Below are positions 63,201 to 64,000 of a stretch of 64,000 bases of DNA, one piece after another. Made by a program: the position numbers and the translations under genes. The stretch is from Macrostomum lignano. Its lineage: Eukaryota. Positions within the stretch are counted from its first letter, which is position 1; every line of letters begins with the position of its first letter. The notes under the pieces were generated by a model. It was not told where the DNA came from. It searched no databases and saw nothing but the letters and a program-made list of their open reading frames with translations. The stretch lies in NCBI GenBank assembly GCA_002269645.1, contig NIVC01003554.1, positions 27,695-91,694 of the forward strand. Direction: 5' to 3'.

Positions 63201-63684
63201 TGGTCGCGAGCTTCCAGTGGGGCTGGTACGTCAAGTGCGACAAAGTCCAGACACGCTACTTGAGCGTTGGACAGCTGAGTCAATGGCTGACGCATGTTCT
63301 CAGTAACCGACTGGACATTGAGACGGGTGAAGTAGATATCAGTTACTTACTTCGTCCTAATCTACGAAAATTCTTCGTTTAATACATTTAATATATTTAT
63401 ATAATACATATAATGTTTTTAACGCAATTCAGCTTCAATGGTGTTTCTCCCTACTGAACTTTTGGACTTCGTCAGTAAGTTATCCACTCCAGCTCACTAA
63501 CTAACCTTGAATCCGGCCATGTTCCCGCTGGCCAGGAACGTCTCAGGCAGCACATGACGAATGCAGACGTCGAATTCCAAGTAGAGCACGTTGCGCTTCA
63601 GAATGAGCAGCTCGGCGGCCTGTTCGGCGCTCCGTGGATTCGGTAGGTTGTCCAACTGTTTCTGAATCTCGCGAAGTTCGCTAC
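54248..63684 (-). CDS. CCDC162: CCDC162-like coiled-coil protein, 5'-partial; exons 63684-63506, 63310-62682, 61840-61684, 60569-60432, 60349-60004, 59591-59195, 59088-58614, 56681-56609, 55904-55576, 54364-54248
   Basis: GSELREIQKQLDNL...FDVCIRH...TFLASGN...SVTENM, FPWRSF, NMQLCLAGL, LPTDLWK, MKESFSVKRP and EYNDLVQSLF resemble the CCDC162 sequence as I recall it. All ten exons have GT-AG borders and compatible phases. The last three exons are less certain. Confidence 0.8.
55008..55366. mobile_element. Foldback/MITE-like element with 124-bp terminal inverted repeats
   Basis: 55008-55131 is the reverse complement of 55243-55366 with about 9 mismatches. The outermost bases are TA on both sides (possible TA duplication). 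Confidence 0.75.
61945..62180 (-). mobile_element. Diverged, internally deleted SINE, copy 3 (in a CCDC162 intron)
   Basis: Shares GATGTGCAACCGACAGCTCAGCCGC, CAGCTGGGTAAACTGAA and AATCGAACCCC with copy 1; lacks roughly 60 nt of the middle. Confidence 0.75.
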
Positions 63685-64000
63685 CTGTAAAGTGCGTTTC
63701 AAGATTTCGAAATGGTTTATTATTTAACAACATATTTTGCTGTGTTTTTGGGAAAACCGGTTAGGTGGTGATATTTAACCTGAACGATAAAGCATGACTT
63801 TTCATGGGTAAGCGACGTGAATGGAGTAAAAATGTCATCGAGTGTTTTCAAGTTGGGTGACAACAACATGAGGTTATTCGTGAGGCTATTCTTGATCAGA
63901 GAGGGACTAACCTTAGTAATATTTACAGACATTGAACTGATTTTTTTTACCGAATTTTCGTTCGTTTTTGCATGATTACTCTTAAAAATTAATATTGTGA

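Noticed and set aside
63351-63356. 6-nt micro-exon (TTAG|GACGAA|GTAAGT on the - strand) followed by a 40-nt intron
   Set aside because: Frame-preserving and neat, but the direct FK|SVTEN join matches the recalled CCDC162 sequence without an insertion; junction reads would be needed.
58748-63382. Antisense and off-frame ORFs overlapping CCDC162 (likewise those over ARID3, M13 and the GPCR)
   Set aside because: Shadows of GC-rich coding exons.
63720-63932. - strand ORF as the upstream CCDC162 exon
   Set aside because: The available donors give phase 0 but the next exon needs phase 1; no resemblance to the expected sequence.

Overview
Eukaryotic (animal) genomic DNA, not prokaryotic. Intron-exon style, polyQ/polyA-rich exons and dense minisatellites resemble a free-living flatworm such as Macrostomum (inference only). 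Six genes were reconstructed by hand from splice signals and recalled homology: TMEM234 (-, partial, missed by the ORF track), ARID3/dead ringer (+, 6 coding exons), NSUN7-like (+, 9 exons), an intronless M13/neprilysin-like peptidase (+), an intronless class A peptide GPCR (+) and CCDC162-like (-, 5' end outside the window). The first ~49 kb carry more than 20 different mini/microsatellite arrays, many inside introns; the last ~15 kb have none. Also present: three tRNA-headed CORE-type SINEs, a 359-bp foldback MITE, and a 46-bp palindrome with an 8-bp target-site duplication. Best leads: five arrays around ARID3 sharing an E2F-like (T)TGGCGCC core plus an NF-Y CCAAT array; the minimal hAT-type palindrome containing a p53-like element; catalytic-residue substitutions in NSUN7 and the M13 peptidase; and a 3.5-kb hexamer array bracketed by splice signals. 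Homology calls come from remembered motifs, not database searches.
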